Position numbers and translations under genes: made by a program
Assembly (NCBI GenBank): GCA_973895155.1
Contig: OZ316894.1
Span: 24,054,709 to 24,118,708, forward strand
Source: Marsupella aquatica
Lineage: Eukaryota; Plantae; Marchantiophyta
Reading direction: 5' to 3'
Length of the DNA stretch: 64,000 nucleotides
Shown: in pieces, positions 1 to 13,997 of the stretch
How positions within the stretch are numbered: position 1 is the first letter of the stretch
Layout of the letters: each line of letters begins with the position of its first letter
The notes under the pieces: model-generated
What the model was told of the DNA's origin: nothing
The model's input: only the letters and a program-made list of their open reading frames with translations
The model's database searches: none

Positions 1-376
1 GGTAAGACAGATCGATAATCCAGAAACCACTGTGCTAGCTAGAAATTCAATGCCTTGAGCGCAATTGGCAGAATTGGAAACTGTGGAGCTCTCTAGGGTT
101 CGCTAATGTGAAACCTTGATCGACTGCTACCTCGGTCAACGGTTCCATAAGGTTATATAAGAAATCTTTAAATTTCCATTTCTTTTGACATGTCAGTCTC
201 TACCAAAGAGTTTGAAAATATAAGTCATGAACATAACGAAGATATCTTTTTGAAGCATCCATTTTCAAGCCAAATGCTGCAAAGTTAGTCTCAAAACTCA
301 GAACGTCATTGTAAATTTCACTACCCCGGCTGAGAAAATCGCTAAATTTGTTGAAAGCTGACTTGCACTTTGAACA

Positions 377-3300
377 GTGATACTGGCCTACAAGAGGACC
401 GAAGTGTTCATGTACACGTGGTTTCCGCTCGCCTTGGTTGTAACGATTATCAAAGACGGGGCTTTGGTACCCGCGGGTCTTGCTTATGTGGTGAGTTTCC
501 TTTTCTTACCTTTTGAAAGAAAGTTTCCATTTTCCAGTACCTTTGAGAAAATGGGCTCCTACATCCTGAAGTCGAAGAAATCGGGCTTAGATGTTTCAAT
601 GAAGAATTTTGAAAAGACTGGAAAAACGTTCTTATAGAACTTTACTCACCTCTTGTTGTCGCTCTGCTTTCCTTGCCCTCCGTTTTCCTTGCCCTCCTTA
701 TTCCAAAAAACCGATTTGCTATGTGGTTATCCACGACAGGCAGATGTAGTAGACGAGAAGCACCGAGCAGCAGCTATGGCCTTGGCCATCAGCGCCATCA
801 CAAGCGGTGTTCTAGTGGGAACAGGGCTTGCATATTTCTCCAAGGTGGACAACGCATTCTGGGTAAGTTGCTAGTCCCAGTTGTGAGTATCGATCATCCC
901 AACTTTAATTCAGAATGACACAGGGTGGACAGGTTTTTGCTTCTGTTTTATACTTGTTCAAGGACATCGAATGATACACCTACTACTTGTGGTCGACTAT
1001 TAAAAAACAAAACAAATGAAATTAAAACAATGAACATTTGGGCTACTAATTGAAGCTTGGTGTGGACAATTTCCATTCAGATTGCGGCGGGGCTTTACAT
1101 CTCAGCGGCAATCTATCTGCAGCTCTTTGTGAAAGAATCCAACCCAAGAATTGCTCTACTTCCCGCAGACCTATCATCACGCTCAGAGCTGACAGCGAAG
1201 TTGATATCAAAGCCTGCATGGACAAGACAATCTCTCAAACAATCTTTCCACTTTCTGGAAACTGCGAAGACTGTTTGGAGGAGGTGAGAATCCTAGTCTG
1301 GTTGTAAACTATGAGACAAGAAACCTAAACTTGCAATTGATCATGCGTTTTAATTTTTATATGAATATGCCGGATGCCTGCTTTGTGATTCAGTCCATGG
1401 CTGAGGACTCTAGCTTTGGTGGACTTCATGAACGGCTTTGCTGTATCAGGCGGTACGAGCTTTCTATTGGTACAGTTCTGTCTTCGCAGACCTGACCCGT
1501 GCACTTGGTGTTTCAACATGTGGCATTCGGCCTTTACCTAGAAAGCAATTACGCCGTTAACAGCTGTCTCTTCGTTTGATGTGCTCTTTAGTTAGTGTCC
1601 ACTTTTCAGATCTTGTATTTGTTTGTTTATGATGCAGTTTTTCTTAAAGGCTGCCTTCGGATTTGGAAAAGATGAATACTCCGTGATTGTTATGGCTGGG
1701 GCAGTAAGTGCTGTTGGTGGACAGGTAAGTTAAATGCCAGCTGGCCAATTTTGGAATGTTCGACTTAATATCTTGACAAGTTTGTCCAATTCAATGTGCC
1801 TACTTGGAGCTCGCCAGAATTTGATAAGAAATACAACGAGTCCCACATGCAAATGCTTCTCACAGGCGAATTGATTCAGCAGATTCTGATCCAATGATAA
1901 ATTTCCTTCCAGATGTTCATTTATCCAGCAATGGTTGATATCTTAGGTGAGCGACGGGTGCTCTGGATAGCTCTTCTAGGGACTGCTGGACAAGTGAGTG
2001 CCGTCCGTACCTGAAACACTGCCTGCTTGCCTCAATGTGTTTCAGATGCTCAATTTTTCTTCATGGACTTTTAAGTGAGCAGAAATTTGGATCGATTCGG
2101 TCTTTGGCAGATTCTAGTTTGCTCTCCTCTTGTATACCCACCAGTTTTCTGCACACAGATAGAGATGGAATGTGCACAGTGTTGATTCTTCTTGGATTTT
2201 CAATTCAGCACGTCGGTACTAAAACCTCTAGGCTGATACCTTCCAAGTACTCCTGCAATACTTTAATTACTCTTGTGCAATTGTGCCTCATCAACATGAG
2301 CTGAGCTGCTCTCCTGTTGCATTGCAGTATTTCCTCTATAGCTTTGCCTGGACGGGCTGGGTAGCCTATGCAGCAGCTGCAGCAGGGATATTTCCATCGC
2401 TTTTCCATCCAACTGTAAGTATTGTCGTAATGACTCCATAGCATTCTTTACCAACCTCTTAGGTGGCTGCATGTGACGTTCAACATTGATGCATTTTAAC
2501 GAACCAAATTGGTATCTTGTCAACCAGTGAAATGATTCACTGGACATGACTAAGATCTCTTTTAACTAGGGAGCCCATTTCAGATAAACGTCGCACATAA
2601 GTATTGCCACGCAGGCTTAACTTCGACGAGGAAACAAAGACTCTCAAATATTCTTGGTTAGCTTAGATGAAAACGTCCATTGATATTTGATGCATTTTGT
2701 TACAAAGGTAGCACAACTTACGTTCGTCCCATCAACAGACGTTTCCGAAAGAAAATTTCTTTTCCTAGGTACAGAAGCCACATTGGCCGTGATAACCATG
2801 CGACTGCACTGATATTAGAGCTTAAAACTGTCATCACAGCTCTTGCAATAAAAATCTGTTCCAAGGAAATCATAGTGAAATGCCATTTTGTCCATGATCC
2901 CCAACATAGACTACATCACAATGACCCTGTTATTGTGCAGGTTGGCACCATGGTGTCCAGAGGACTACATAATGATCAACAGGTACGGAGAGTCGTCAAT
3001 ACAGGAACCCAATCATGCAGTATTCCTGATAAATTGTGCTGGAAAAGCCCTCTCTTCGCTACACCAGGATGCATGCGGTTGAGACGATAGCTTCCAGACG
3101 ATCTCGCTGTTCAAGACCTGTCTTGGAGGGGGATGAAGTTCTCAAAATCTCTGGTATATCTTGGGGAGTTAAAAAATTTCAGTTGTGATGTTTTCTTGCA
3201 CTGCAGGGTAAGATCCAAGGTTTCATGGGTGGTGTGCGAGCAATGGCTGTGAGCACTGCTCCTTTGGTGTTGACACCACTGGCAGGTAAATCCAACTTCT

Positions 3301-4161
3301 ATCTTTGAGCCTTGGAGTTTGCGTATAAAGGTAAAATTAGAAAACTCTAATCAAAGCACAGATCCCACTATCTGTGAATTTATTTGATCTGCCAGAGAGT
3401 CACGTGATACTACTTGGCTGATTTCCTTGGCCATATGCTATTATGATCAACAAGATTGAATTCAATTTTCTGGTCTTTTGCGTAAACTTCCAGTCTTGCA
3501 GAAAGTTGACAAAGAAATTCCTCTTGACGGAACCTCTGCTGACTGGTGTTCGTGAAATAACTTGCAGCTATATCGTTGGTAGAAGATGCACCCTTCCGAA
3601 TGCCAGGATTGATTTTCATCGTTTGTGGAGCTGCTCTTGTAAGTATTTATCTTCAGCTACACCATATTTCAGTTAGTGCCTTGAGTGCTGTGTGAAAACC
3701 AATAACTGATTCTCCATTGAATGATTATTGTGCCTGTTGTTGGCATAACAGTTGCATGCGCTGGAATACAATTTTATATAAAGTAGAACAATATAACCAG
3801 GAGATCTTATCACAGTGACAGTCTGCACTTGCTGGAATTCAGACTGGTTCTGACGACTTTGTCTTAAGAATGCTCATCCGAATTAGTTGATCAAAACCTA
3901 CAAACAAGAAGACGAGAATGAGGTTTCATATCGAACCAATCGCTGTGTTCATTTCAGTGCTTAGACTTGCACGAGGCCTAACTTCTCTCTGAAACGGCTT
4001 CTGGCATGTAGGTGGTGTCATGGTTGATCTCGTTGGGAATGCCATCTCGGCCCCTACAGTCTACGGACACCCTTGAACAGCCCTATGTTCTGGACTATAA
4101 CATCGATTTCCAGGCACTTCCTCCAGATGCACGTCAAGAGGCCGTCAATAGAGTTCCCTGA
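377..4161 (+). CDS. MFS transporter, hippocampus-abundant-transcript/TetA-like; multi-exon, 5' exons lie upstream of the window
   Basis: GT-AG exons read manually at ~377-490 (ILAYKRTEVFMYTWF...LAYV), ~740-862 (ADVVDEKHRAAAMALA), ~1081-1283, ~1394-1452, ~1638-1724 (FFLKAAFGFGKDEY), ~1913-1993 (LGERRVLWIALLG), ~2328-2414, ~2941-2982, ~3207-3285 (GKIQGFMGGVRAMA), ~3569-3638 and ~4012-4161 (stop TGA). Motifs match plant HIAT1-like MFS proteins. The window begins at a GTAAG donor. Exon limits are approximate. Confidence 0.85.
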
Positions 4162-6289
4162 AAGCTTGAAAGCTGTATATGTCAACCAAATCTCTTACTC
4201 AATGTCTGTGGGATAGACGAAATGTCTTGAAATGTATAAGGTTATCTGTTCATAGGATGATCTTATTAGATGAAATCACGATTTCCTCCACATTTGTAGA
4301 GCACGCACAGGAATCACCCTAATCTCTTGCACTTGGGTCAAGTACGCACAATTCACCATCAAAGCTGTCGGTTAGGTTGTGCATTATGGTTGTGGCTCAG
4401 TTCTGCTTCAAGTCTCGGTGACCGTTTCACCAGGAATTACAGCTAAGTAGTATTGAATCATCTGGACATTGTACAAGTAAAGATACCGTTTTGCTGCTAG
4501 CAGAATGTGTAACTCAATCTAAGCTTCGAGAATCGTCTTAATGTTTGAGTCTGTCCCTCTAGTTGCCCAAACTGGCTCTACGCCATTCCTCGTGGGGGCC
4601 AAGGACCATCCACACGTCAATTGAATCTTTTCAATCCGACTCTGCTTGCTCAAGTGCTGCCCTGTATCATCCTAGCAGATCACCCCTGAAAGTATTATAG
4701 CCCACAGAACGGGTGGTTAAAATTGTATAGTTACTGGGAAACAAATTGTAGGCTTGCCAAGACTCTTGATTCAATGAATTGCATTGGTTCAGGCAAAAAT
4801 GTGGGTCTCCCCACTTTCCGTTGAATATATCAACACCCAATGGGGAGCTTTTATAGGTCCCCTACCCTGTCTGCCTCTCTAAAAAGGTTGGCTGCCCTTC
4901 TAAAGGTTGGGTGCTATAAGTGAGTCTAAACGCTGAGGTTCCATTGAGCCACAAAGGAATTATGGCCATAACTTTTTAGTAAGATTATGTATATATATAT
5001 ATATTTTGTTTTGTCAGTGACTAATGGTAATGACATACATAAGACCAATCCTTATCATGGCAAAAAGTTATGGACTGTGAATTTTGTGGTCAGTAACCTT
5101 TTGCATCCTTAACCCATAACTAGGGAGTTAAGTCAATCAAACTGTCAGCTTTGGAATGGCCTATTATGGATGGAATTGAACATGTTCTCAATCTGTTGAT
5201 GGACAAAACAAATGGTGAGAATGGGCAATCGACAGGACTGGTGATTTAGGGGCCATGAACCCTAAGGATTGATGCGGGAAGTTTGGGGACATGTGCCATT
5301 TCATGCTGCTAGAAGAACAACTAATGTTTCAAAGGGTGGGCAAGCAAAGTATATTGGAAGTTGGGACAGGGAAAGTACCGGCCCCAAGAAGGCTGGGGAG
5401 CCTTAACTAGGTGTTTATTTCACTAAATGTGGTCCCTCCCCTACATAGTGAGACATGGGGATATTAATACAATTGTGAACTGAATCTCCTGTTTTCTTAG
5501 CATTGGAAAAGCCTTGATTAAACACCAGTGTTTCCTAGATTTCTGAAAATCAAAATGGGCTCACTGAACTACGGTAGATGCTCAGATGGCCGTGAAATAA
5601 AACTGTGAATATTCATACAAAATAAAGTTGTTCTTCATATGTAAAAATGTGAACATTCATACTTAATAAAGTTGTTCACCAATAAGATAGCATTTCAAGA
5701 GGTTTTGTGCAAGTTTGGATGGTCCATATGAACCATCTTGTCAAATGTTCTGGTTTATGGGTACTTGAATTTCTACAGTAGTTCACTCCATCGCTAAGAA
5801 AAGTTACAAAGTAGGTAGGATTTGGGAGACATATGCTTAAGTTAGTAGACCCCCTTCTGAAAAACGTTTGCTTAATCAACCTCCTCGATACTTTTCTCTA
5901 ATCTGGACCATTGATGGACCTTTCAATCTCAGATCTGGACCATTGATAAACCTCAGGGGGTCCATCAAGTAACAAGTTTCATTTTGGGGGTAGATCAAGC
6001 AAATGCCTCTAGGATTTGGACATGTTTGAGATACTCTAAGGAGTGATTATTACTGTACCTCTAGTTTCAAGTCATAGATTACGACAGAGCTGAATCGAGT
6101 CAAAGGAAGCACTGTCCAGGGGTCACTCGCTAGGTGGCTTATAAAGCTTATGAGAAATTTCACTTGTGATTTTTCTTCTTCTTAATTTTTCTTCTTCATC
6201 TCAAAATTGTTGAAAAATTGTTTGGAATTAAAACTTTTTCCACCTATTCACCACCCTCACCGTAGTCTGATTAGCCAAGTGTTTATTTT

Positions 6290-7135
6290 TACCACATCCA
6301 CGCGCCTTCGGTTGGGTCTTCCTCACCCTTGCCTCTTGGGTCAGCCCACTTGCGTCTGTGGAGCGCCGCTTGATGGACAAGGCATTCATATTCTTAGGTG
6401 CGGTCATGGTAGTGAGAGGACTGCGACACACGACGACATTCGAGACGTGGTGGCGGCCATTGCCCGTGACTCTGGGTACCATGTCACTATGGGGCAGAGA
6501 CATGTGTTACCTCCACGGGATGGGGTTCGTGATCGTCGTTGGGCAGATTTGGTATTCTCTCGCGCTGGTGTTCGTGCCCTTGGGGATGTCGTTGTTGTTG
6601 ATCCGACTAGTGGGGCCAACGTGGCTTCTGCGGCTCATGTACCAGGCCATGCCGCTGCGAGGGCAGCTCGGCTGAAGGAGGAGGCCTATGCTGTGCGGTG
6701 CCCTGGGGACCTCTTCTATCCGTTTGCCGTGGAGGTCTTTGGGGCGCTACACCCATCCTTTGACCGTTTTCTTCGCTCTTGCGCAGTTCAGTACGTCGAG
6801 CGGAGGCCCTTTCCCCCTGTGTCTGTCATCACTGCATTCTTTAGACAGAGGGTGTCTGTTGCGCTTCAGCGGGCACAGACGTTCACTATTCTTCGTAGGG
6901 GGAGGCTGTTAGTCTTAGGGTCTCTAGTAGGATTCCTTTGCTTGACCCCCCCATGCAGTTCACACCAGAGTTTTACCAGGCTCTCCAGTTTGTTGATAGG
7001 TAGGCGCTTGGGTTCCTGTCTTTGGGTTTGCTTTTCTTGGCCCCTTGGTGGTCTCCCTCCTTGATTGGATCTTTTGCCTGAGGGATCTTGTCTCCCGGTT
7101 CGACGCCCTCTATTTTTTGGCAGTTTGATATATAT
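6290..7135 (+). mobile_element. 5'-truncated non-LTR retrotransposon fragment with restriction-like endonuclease (CRE/R2-group C-terminus)
   Basis: ORF 6207-7064: RLRLGL, zinc knuckle CVCG...H.L.C, HD.IRD, ADLV...L.DVVV, KE..Y, F.P.AVE.FG, QR.S.ALQ. GC-richer than its flanks. No RT domain and no clear TSD, so limits are approximate. Confidence 0.75.
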
Positions 7136-7856
7136 TAAGTTTATGGAAGTCAAGTCGAGCATATCTAGGAAAGCGACGTTTGAAGATTTAAGGATCCGTC
7201 GATTTTTTGACTCCGACAGTACAGATTTTGATCCAAAAGAATTTCTGTCATTTCTCGCTGGTTTCAACGGCCCAGATCTTAAGAATATATTCATTCTCAC
7301 TCAAGAATGCATCCCGTTCCCTGCATCGTCAGTGAGAATCGTGTAGTGGCATTGTACCTCTCTAAGTCAGTACTGCGCTCCACGCAGACTACAGTAACAC
7401 TTCCATTTCGTACTCGTAAAACGTAAATTTAAGCGAATAACCTCTTCCAATTCAGACAATACAGCGCATCACCAGCCGTCGATGCAGGGTACGGACGGCT
7501 GAGATGTATCATCTCTGTAAAGTGCGAGTACGGGAATGATTGAGATGGGGCGGTAATCGGTGTTGATGGCAGCTCAGAGTTATATGCATGCATGCCTCTC
7601 ATGAGCGTATGCATGGTGCTGGCGCACTGGCGCGGGTAACTCTCACTTCACGTCCGCCCCGCGGGACTTGTCTGCCAGTAGTAGTAGGAGTGCGACGGCT
7701 GCCCCGCGCCGCTCCGCTGCACTCCAGAGTAGTACACTAGTGTGTTAGTCCGGTCACTCTCGTCGTTGCCCCGTCTTCAATTTCCCATCCTATCGTCGAT
7801 ACACGCTCTTGACATCAATTCCATTCGAAGCTTTCTTCTACAGTAGTGGCGGTAAC

Positions 7857-7944
7857 GTCGCAGATTGCGGAGCAGTTTCTCGTCCATAGGAATAGCGGTA
7901 ATTGTCGCAGATTGCGGAGCAGTTTCTCGTCCATAGGAATAGCG
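7857..7944. repeat. Two direct copies of a ~41-bp unit (47-bp period)
   Basis: gtcgcagattgcggagcagtttctcgtccataggaatagcg at ~7857 and ~7904. Confidence 0.85.
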
Positions 7945-9771
7945 CTAATCGTCGCATTTGGAACAAGGGGAACGGTGGGAAGGCAGGTTCGTCGTGAGTG
8001 ATCGTCTAGTCTGAAGCATTCGAGGCGATGAGGGAGCTCGCTTGTTGATCTCTCAAATTGCTGTTCGAGTCTTCTACGTACTGTAGAATTTGCATCATAC
8101 TGGCCGCGATTCCTGGTGAATGAACTTTTTCTTCGCTGAGGATCGACTGATTCGTAGCTGCAGCTCTCTCGTATTGGAAGCCCGTTCGTCGTGACAGCGG
8201 TTGACACATAAGTGAGTGCCGAAGACTTCGCTTACAGGTACATTTGAGCAAATGTCGTTGGTGACTCTTCCAATATCGGGTTATCCTAGGATGCTGAGGT
8301 TTATTTGCCCATCGCAAGCAGTGTTTGTCAGCGAATGTGAAGGCATTCAAGACTATTAGTGTGCGTATTGTGTTAGTTATCTTTCCCGCTAAGACTGGTC
8401 TCGAATGCTTGGAGGTCCGTAGGTATGCATTGTAACCTTTGCTAACCCTTGCCAAGGTTCTGAAGATTGGAACCTACGTAAATGGAAAACCTCCAAGGTC
8501 TTTAGATAATTTGTGTCTGGGGATCGGAGGGATATCCCAGCTTTACAGTCAGTGACCAATAGGTAATAGACGTTCTTTTGAGAGAAGAATATTCTTGACA
8601 GAAGTGACGAGAGGGCGAGACAAGTCCACACCCTTTCAGACTATTGATCGCTCTAGACGCAAGAGATCGCTATAGGACGCTATAGACTGAGCGATCTATA
8701 TCGACTTGTACAATCAGTTCCAAATCAGACTTTGGGAATATTGCTGTTGAGGAGTAAGGATCGCAATTAATATTTGGGCACAGAGTATCGACGCCTTGCC
8801 AGCCCCTTCACATTGCATGTTTTTGCGAATCTGCTGTCTGTGCAGTAGGTAGGTACATTCCCGTGAGACTGGAGCATTAGTGTATAGAAACTCTAGAACT
8901 CCACGACGTCTTTCGTGTCAGATTTCTGTCGGAGTTGATTGTGAGCTATGAAGTGGTCCCACCTGGCCCTCTTATCTGCCCTCCTTTCGGCTTAGTTTCC
9001 AGGTGCAAATATTCTTTCTTATGGACAGCAAATAACTGATATCAGCCAATTATCTAAGTCGAAGATCTCGATACCACCGTTCCACACCTTTTTACGGTAC
9101 TTCACTCTATCACGATATCTATACTCTGTACCAAACAGTACATAATTTATTTTTCTGTCACATCTTTGACGAAGAATAACGTGACGAGGAAACACATTCC
9201 GATAGTAGGCGAAAGCTGCAGCGAAATTCCGTAGATTTAGTGTGCAAGATCCTGCGTAGTCGGGCGCTCGAATGAGTTTACCACAGCGTAATGCCACTAC
9301 AGATGAATCACTTGATTCTTTGAGGTTTTATCAGCTTGTGCTTATCATATACGAAGTAACATTTATGCTTATTCGAGCTTGAACAATCTAGTCTCTCGCA
9401 TGTTCGAAATAAACTTATTAACGCTTGACGGCAGTACGTTATCACGAGATCTCCTGGAGAAATCATTGTAATGATTCCCTATCCATGTTGCAAAATCTGT
9501 GCTGATTGCTGTTGCTCACCCGTTCACTGATATATAGGTTAAATGTATGACTACAGTTGCCGCTTCCCAGGTTCAATTCCTTCAGCACGTGCGAGCATTT
9601 TGGGAGCGGTGGTGAATCTGTTTGCTTGATTTCCTTCTGCCGGACATGGACTGTGCCACCTTCAGTTCATGCTGCTGTCCGTGAACACGCAATTATTCGT
9701 TGACTTATCATACTGGTTCGCACTTCGCAGATTTATTCAGGGAAAAGTTGGATTCTCAAGCAGCTTCCTCG

Positions 9772-10554
9772 ATGGCCGTAGTGGCTAACACTCAGAAGTC
9801 ATTTCACCGATCGACACATTTGATATTTTACTTCGTACTTCTGTGTATGGAATTTTCGCCTGTTGTCCCACAGATTCCTGCTGCCTCCCCCGTACCTTCA
9901 CCTGGAGGACTACCACCGGCATCTGCTGAGGTACCATCTCCCGCTGGACCGTTACAACCGGAACCTCAGGTGACGAATCTCATTGAAGCTCTAAGGGATG
10001 CTGGACGATTCGGAGCAATGGCTGGGCTTCTCGACGGGCTGCAAATGAAGAGCCTCACTCCTATGACGACCTGGTTCGTGCCAAACGATCAAGCTTTTTC
10101 TGGCGTTAACTATCCCAAAAATGTTACGACGTTCCTCGACTCTCACGTAATACGGGAGTTTCTTCCATTTTCAAGATTGTTGAGCTTGAGCATTGGCACC
10201 CTCATACCAACGTTCCTCGGAACAGAGGTGCTTGTTGTGACAAACAACAACCAATTCAATTTCTCAGTCGACAACGCGATGATAGTCGTCCCGGATCTTT
10301 ACAGCGACAGCACCGTTGTGGTTCACGGCATTGATGCAGTTATGGATGATGCTAGGTTTAATGGAATAGCTTCCCCCGCTGCACCCATTGTGCCTCCCTT
10401 AGCCGCTCCTCCCACTTCGTTGCCGATCCCAGCGGGAGGAGTTTTTCCGTTCAATGTTACTATTCCAAATGCTGCTCACAGTCTCTATGCGTCTAGAACC
10501 TTATATTTGACAATCGCTTCAGTACCACTCATGGTTGCGGCAGTACTATTATAG
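9772..10554 (+). CDS. Fasciclin-like arabinogalactan protein (single FAS1 domain, probable GPI anchor)
   Basis: Intact ORF (first ATG 9772): hydrophobic N-terminal signal, Pro/Ala/Ser-rich AGP segments, FAS1 H1 (TWFVPNDQAF) and H2 (VVVHGIDAVM) motifs, hydrophobic C-terminal tail. Confidence 0.92.
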   Translation: MAVVANTQKSFHRSTHLIFYFVLLCMEFSPVVPQIPAASPVPSPGGLPPASAEVPSPAGPLQPEPQVTNLIEALRDAGRFGAMAGLLDGLQMKSLTPMTTWFVPNDQAFSGVNYPKNVTTFLDSHVIREFLPFSRLLSLSIGTLIPTFLGTEVLVVTNNNQFNFSVDNAMIVVPDLYSDSTVVVHGIDAVMDDARFNGIASPAAPIVPPLAAPPTSLPIPAGGVFPFNVTIPNAAHSLYASRTLYLTIASVPLMVAAVLL

Positions 10555-11769
10555 AATCTACTTCCGTAATGGTGGCTAGCTAGGTACAGATCTGATCAAA
10601 TACTGTAAATCTTCAATCGTCATCACTTTTAACAAATTTCCATTCAAGCAGACTGTTGATGCAACGAATGCCTGTGCCTTCTTCACCGATTGCACCCTAT
10701 CCAACCGGCAATCAGAACAACGTATGGATGGTTGGCAATAGTCACATTGAGTGTCGATTAATATTCGTCTCGGGTGTATTTGATGAGAAACAAACTTCGG
10801 TGACTTCGATCTACTGAGTTGCGACTTTTGGTAGGATTGTTGTTCGTGCCTGGCTACGTACAGAGCGACAAAGGTTCACAAGCTCTCTGACTTTTGGCTT
10901 AAATCATTGTCAAACATTCTAATGCGTGAATGATAAAAACATGATCAATGCCTCAAGAACATGTGATTCCTACACGTTAATTGACATAGAGTGAAAGATA
11001 GAAAAGATCTTAGTTTCCAGTATTGCTATATGTGACGCATGTATTTAATAGAATGGCAAACTTGAATATTGCCATTCTCAATAAACATATGGAGTTTTGG
11101 GTTGTATGAAGAGTTTGCTGTATAGAGGAAAAAGAAAAACTGGTACAATCTTCGTCATAGTTTTGCTGGATTGATGTTCCTAAGGTGTCGCCTCCCTCCA
11201 ACCCCTCGATGCTTCGATGGATTTTTCATGGACTAATTTTGTGCAACTATAAAAGATGAGATGATCGAGCAGAACACTTGAAGAACATCCTGGCTGCATA
11301 ATTCGCATTGATTGAAGTGGGTTTGTTACATACTACATTTACGTTCTAGAGGGCCCTGTAGCAAAGTTTAAATTGTTTTAAAGTATCCAGTAGTTGTTAA
11401 AAGAGATATTGTTCGTTTCTGGTCCACTGGCATGGAGTTCAACCCCGCCAGTCTTCCAGCGATTAATTTCATTCAGCAAATTAATTTTGAAAAGTAGGCT
11501 CTGGTCAGGGCCGATGGCTGCACTTCACTTCAATCAATAAATCTGCTGATTTGAAAGAGATCCAATCTCCTTGCCATCAAACAATAGGCGCCATCAACAC
11601 CCCAATAAGATCGAACATCATAGGCTGGGTACACCCCTCAGCTTAGTTACTTTTAGGGTCTAATTAGTGCGAGTGACAGTAGTGTTAATGGTGTCTGGGT
11701 ACACTAATTCAGGCAACAATGAAGGATATTAGAGTTTACTAGCCCCATGCCCGTGTGTTGCACGAAAGA

Positions 11770-12005
11770 CTTTGAGTGAGGGCAAGATTTCGAGTGAGAG
11801 CAAGATTTCGAGTGAGGGCAAGATTTCGAGTGAGAGCAAGATTTTGAGTGAGAGCAAGATGCCGAAATGAGGGCAAGATGTCAAAGTGAGGGCAAGATTT
11901 AAAGTGAAGGCAAGATGTTGAGGTGAGGGCAAGATTTGGAGATGAGGGCAAGATGTCAAAGTGAGAGTGAGATGTTGAGGTGAGGGTAAGATTTTGAGGC
12001 AAGGC
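11770..12005. repeat. ~18-bp subterminal tandem repeat of the Helitron (gagtgagggcaagatttc-like)
   Basis: About 12 degenerate copies of tgagggcaagat between the RepHel stop and the 3' hairpin. Confidence 0.85.
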
Positions 12006-12091
12006 AAACATGGTTGTGCATTGCAAACTTATTGTTCAGGCAAAAAGTCAAAGAGATTAATACAAAAGTGATACAATCTTTATTTAGGCGT

Positions 12092-13997
12092 TCAATAAAG
12101 AACCTCATCATATACAACATTTTTTGTCAACTTTGCTTGACCCTCCTCGGAATCTGAAAATAAAACCTTGATAGTTGTAGGTGATGTTGCCCTTGAGAAT
12201 GCTACATACAACTGTCCATGACTAAATACAGGCTTTGAAAGTTGCAACCCTACAGACCTTGAGCCTTGTTTATGGTCATTGCATATGCCACTCGAACGGT
12301 AAATTGGACCCTACGTAATAAAAATGGAAGTGACTCGTCAGACGTCAACGGAATCCGTGGGATAAATGTAAGGGTCCCTGCATGTTTTCCTGCGAGAACA
12401 CGTGCCTCAATGACACGACGATTCATTGCTCTCACAATTAGCCGAGTACCATTACACAACCCCAAAGAGTGATCTATATTCCTAAGTAAAATGATAGGGC
12501 ATCCAACCTTCAGTACCAACTTATGAGGCGGCAGACCACTCGGCGTGAGTGTATTCAAGAACTCCGTAGGGTAGAAATTCTCCCCTTCGAGCTGATCTGG
12601 ACGATCTACGCTAAAAAACTCACTTGATTCCCCGGGAAGTCCTTCTAAGATAGAGTCATTAATTTTTAGTTCCTCGTCATTTGTCGGCGCCAGGATAGTT
12701 CTCTCACTTAAGAACCTATCGTCCACATTAGCAAGAGTCGGGTATATTGCCTGAATCAATGATTCCACTCGTCCCCCATCCACCACCATAAACTCAGGGC
12801 AAGTAATAAGATTATTTGAAGGCCCTCCTTTTGGGAGTTTATCATCGCCCAATTGTAGTAGCCACTCCGCAAATGTAACATTACCAAATTCAGGAGAGGC
12901 ATTAGTTCCTCTTGCCTGCATATTTTCAGTTAGCTTCAAAGTCCGTATACTACTCCACACATAAGACTTCTTCAAACACGACCACACAATCTCCGAACGA
13001 CTTGCCCTTGCCTTCACTGGAAGCACTTGTCAAAAATCACCTGCAAATACAACTACAACCCCTCCAAAGATTTGGTCATTATCTTGTATGTCGTGTAAAG
13101 TTCTATCCAACGCCTCCACTCCATGCCGATGGATCATGGGTGCTTCATCCCACAAAATAAAAGTTTCCCTTTGCAATAATCCAGCAAGGTCAGATTGTTT
13201 TTGGATGCTGCATGTCGATGTCGAGATTGGTTTCAATGGTAGCTTGAATCTTGAGTGTGCGGTGCGACCTCCATTTAGCAAAAGACTTGCAATACCCGAG
13301 GAAGCTACGGCCAATGCAATGTCCCCATCTGCACGGACTCTCCGAAGTAGAACATTCTCCACAAATGTTTTTCCAGTCCCCCCTGGTCCATCAATAAAGA
13401 ATGTCGCTCCATCTCGAGCCCTCATTGCTGCAAGTATTGTAGTGTACGTTGCCCTTTGACCCTCGTTCAACAATGGCTCCTGCTCTGCAAGTTGTTGTCG
13501 AAGTATATCCATCGGGTAATGTGTCTCCTCTCTTATCAACCGGTTTCTATTTCTTCCTCTTGGAAAAACTCCATACCTGGTTCCGGACGACCAAACTTGA
13601 GCAATGTTTTACCCACACTTTTCAAAGCCTCATCCATCAAATGTAGAGCAAAGCTTTGTTGCTGCTGCTCCATAGAATCTAAGAAGCCCATTGATTGCAA
13701 ACAATACCTACAATCATCACTCAAATTGGATGCATGTTGTGTCCACAGGTCGCACGGCTTGGCAACACCTTCAAATAACAATATTGTGATAAATAGTTGC
13801 CGAATTTGCGCACCGGTGTGCATGCTTGCTGCTTCTTGAAGGCATCTATCCCACTCCTCATTGTTCTCATACAAACCCCGGGCAAGAGCCGCGGCGTGAA
13901 AGGTTGGGTAAACATTGCCCTCAAATGTGCGAAGGTCGATGAACGATGTTGCACCTTTGATGCGAAGAAGAAGCGCCCTCAAGTAATACCGTTCACC
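12092..13997 (-). pseudogene. Helitron RepHel, C-terminal part (PIF1 helicase), disrupted
   Basis: GERYYLRALL, DGPGGTGKTF (Walker A), WDEAPM, GDF(R>stop)Q.LPV, GLCNGTRL, YAMTINKAQG, FSHGQLYVAFSR, TKNVVYDEVLY-stop. Contains stops and frameshifts. Confidence 0.93.

Larger units (their letters stand above)
11739..13997 (-). mobile_element. Helitron, 3' part (PIF1-like helicase region and 3' terminus)
   Basis: The minus strand ends ...tcgtgcaacacacggg-catgggg-CTAG|T, the canonical hairpin + CTAG terminus at 11739-11765. Helicase motifs lie upstream. Confidence 0.93.

Noticed and set aside
7400-9300. Several 60-150 aa ORFs upstream of the FLA gene
   Set aside because: No recognisable motifs or splice-consistent structure; likely promoter/5' UTR/intergenic DNA.
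11729-12026. Repetitive ORFs (LALTRN / LEILLS)
   Set aside because: Artifact of the 18-bp Helitron subterminal repeat.
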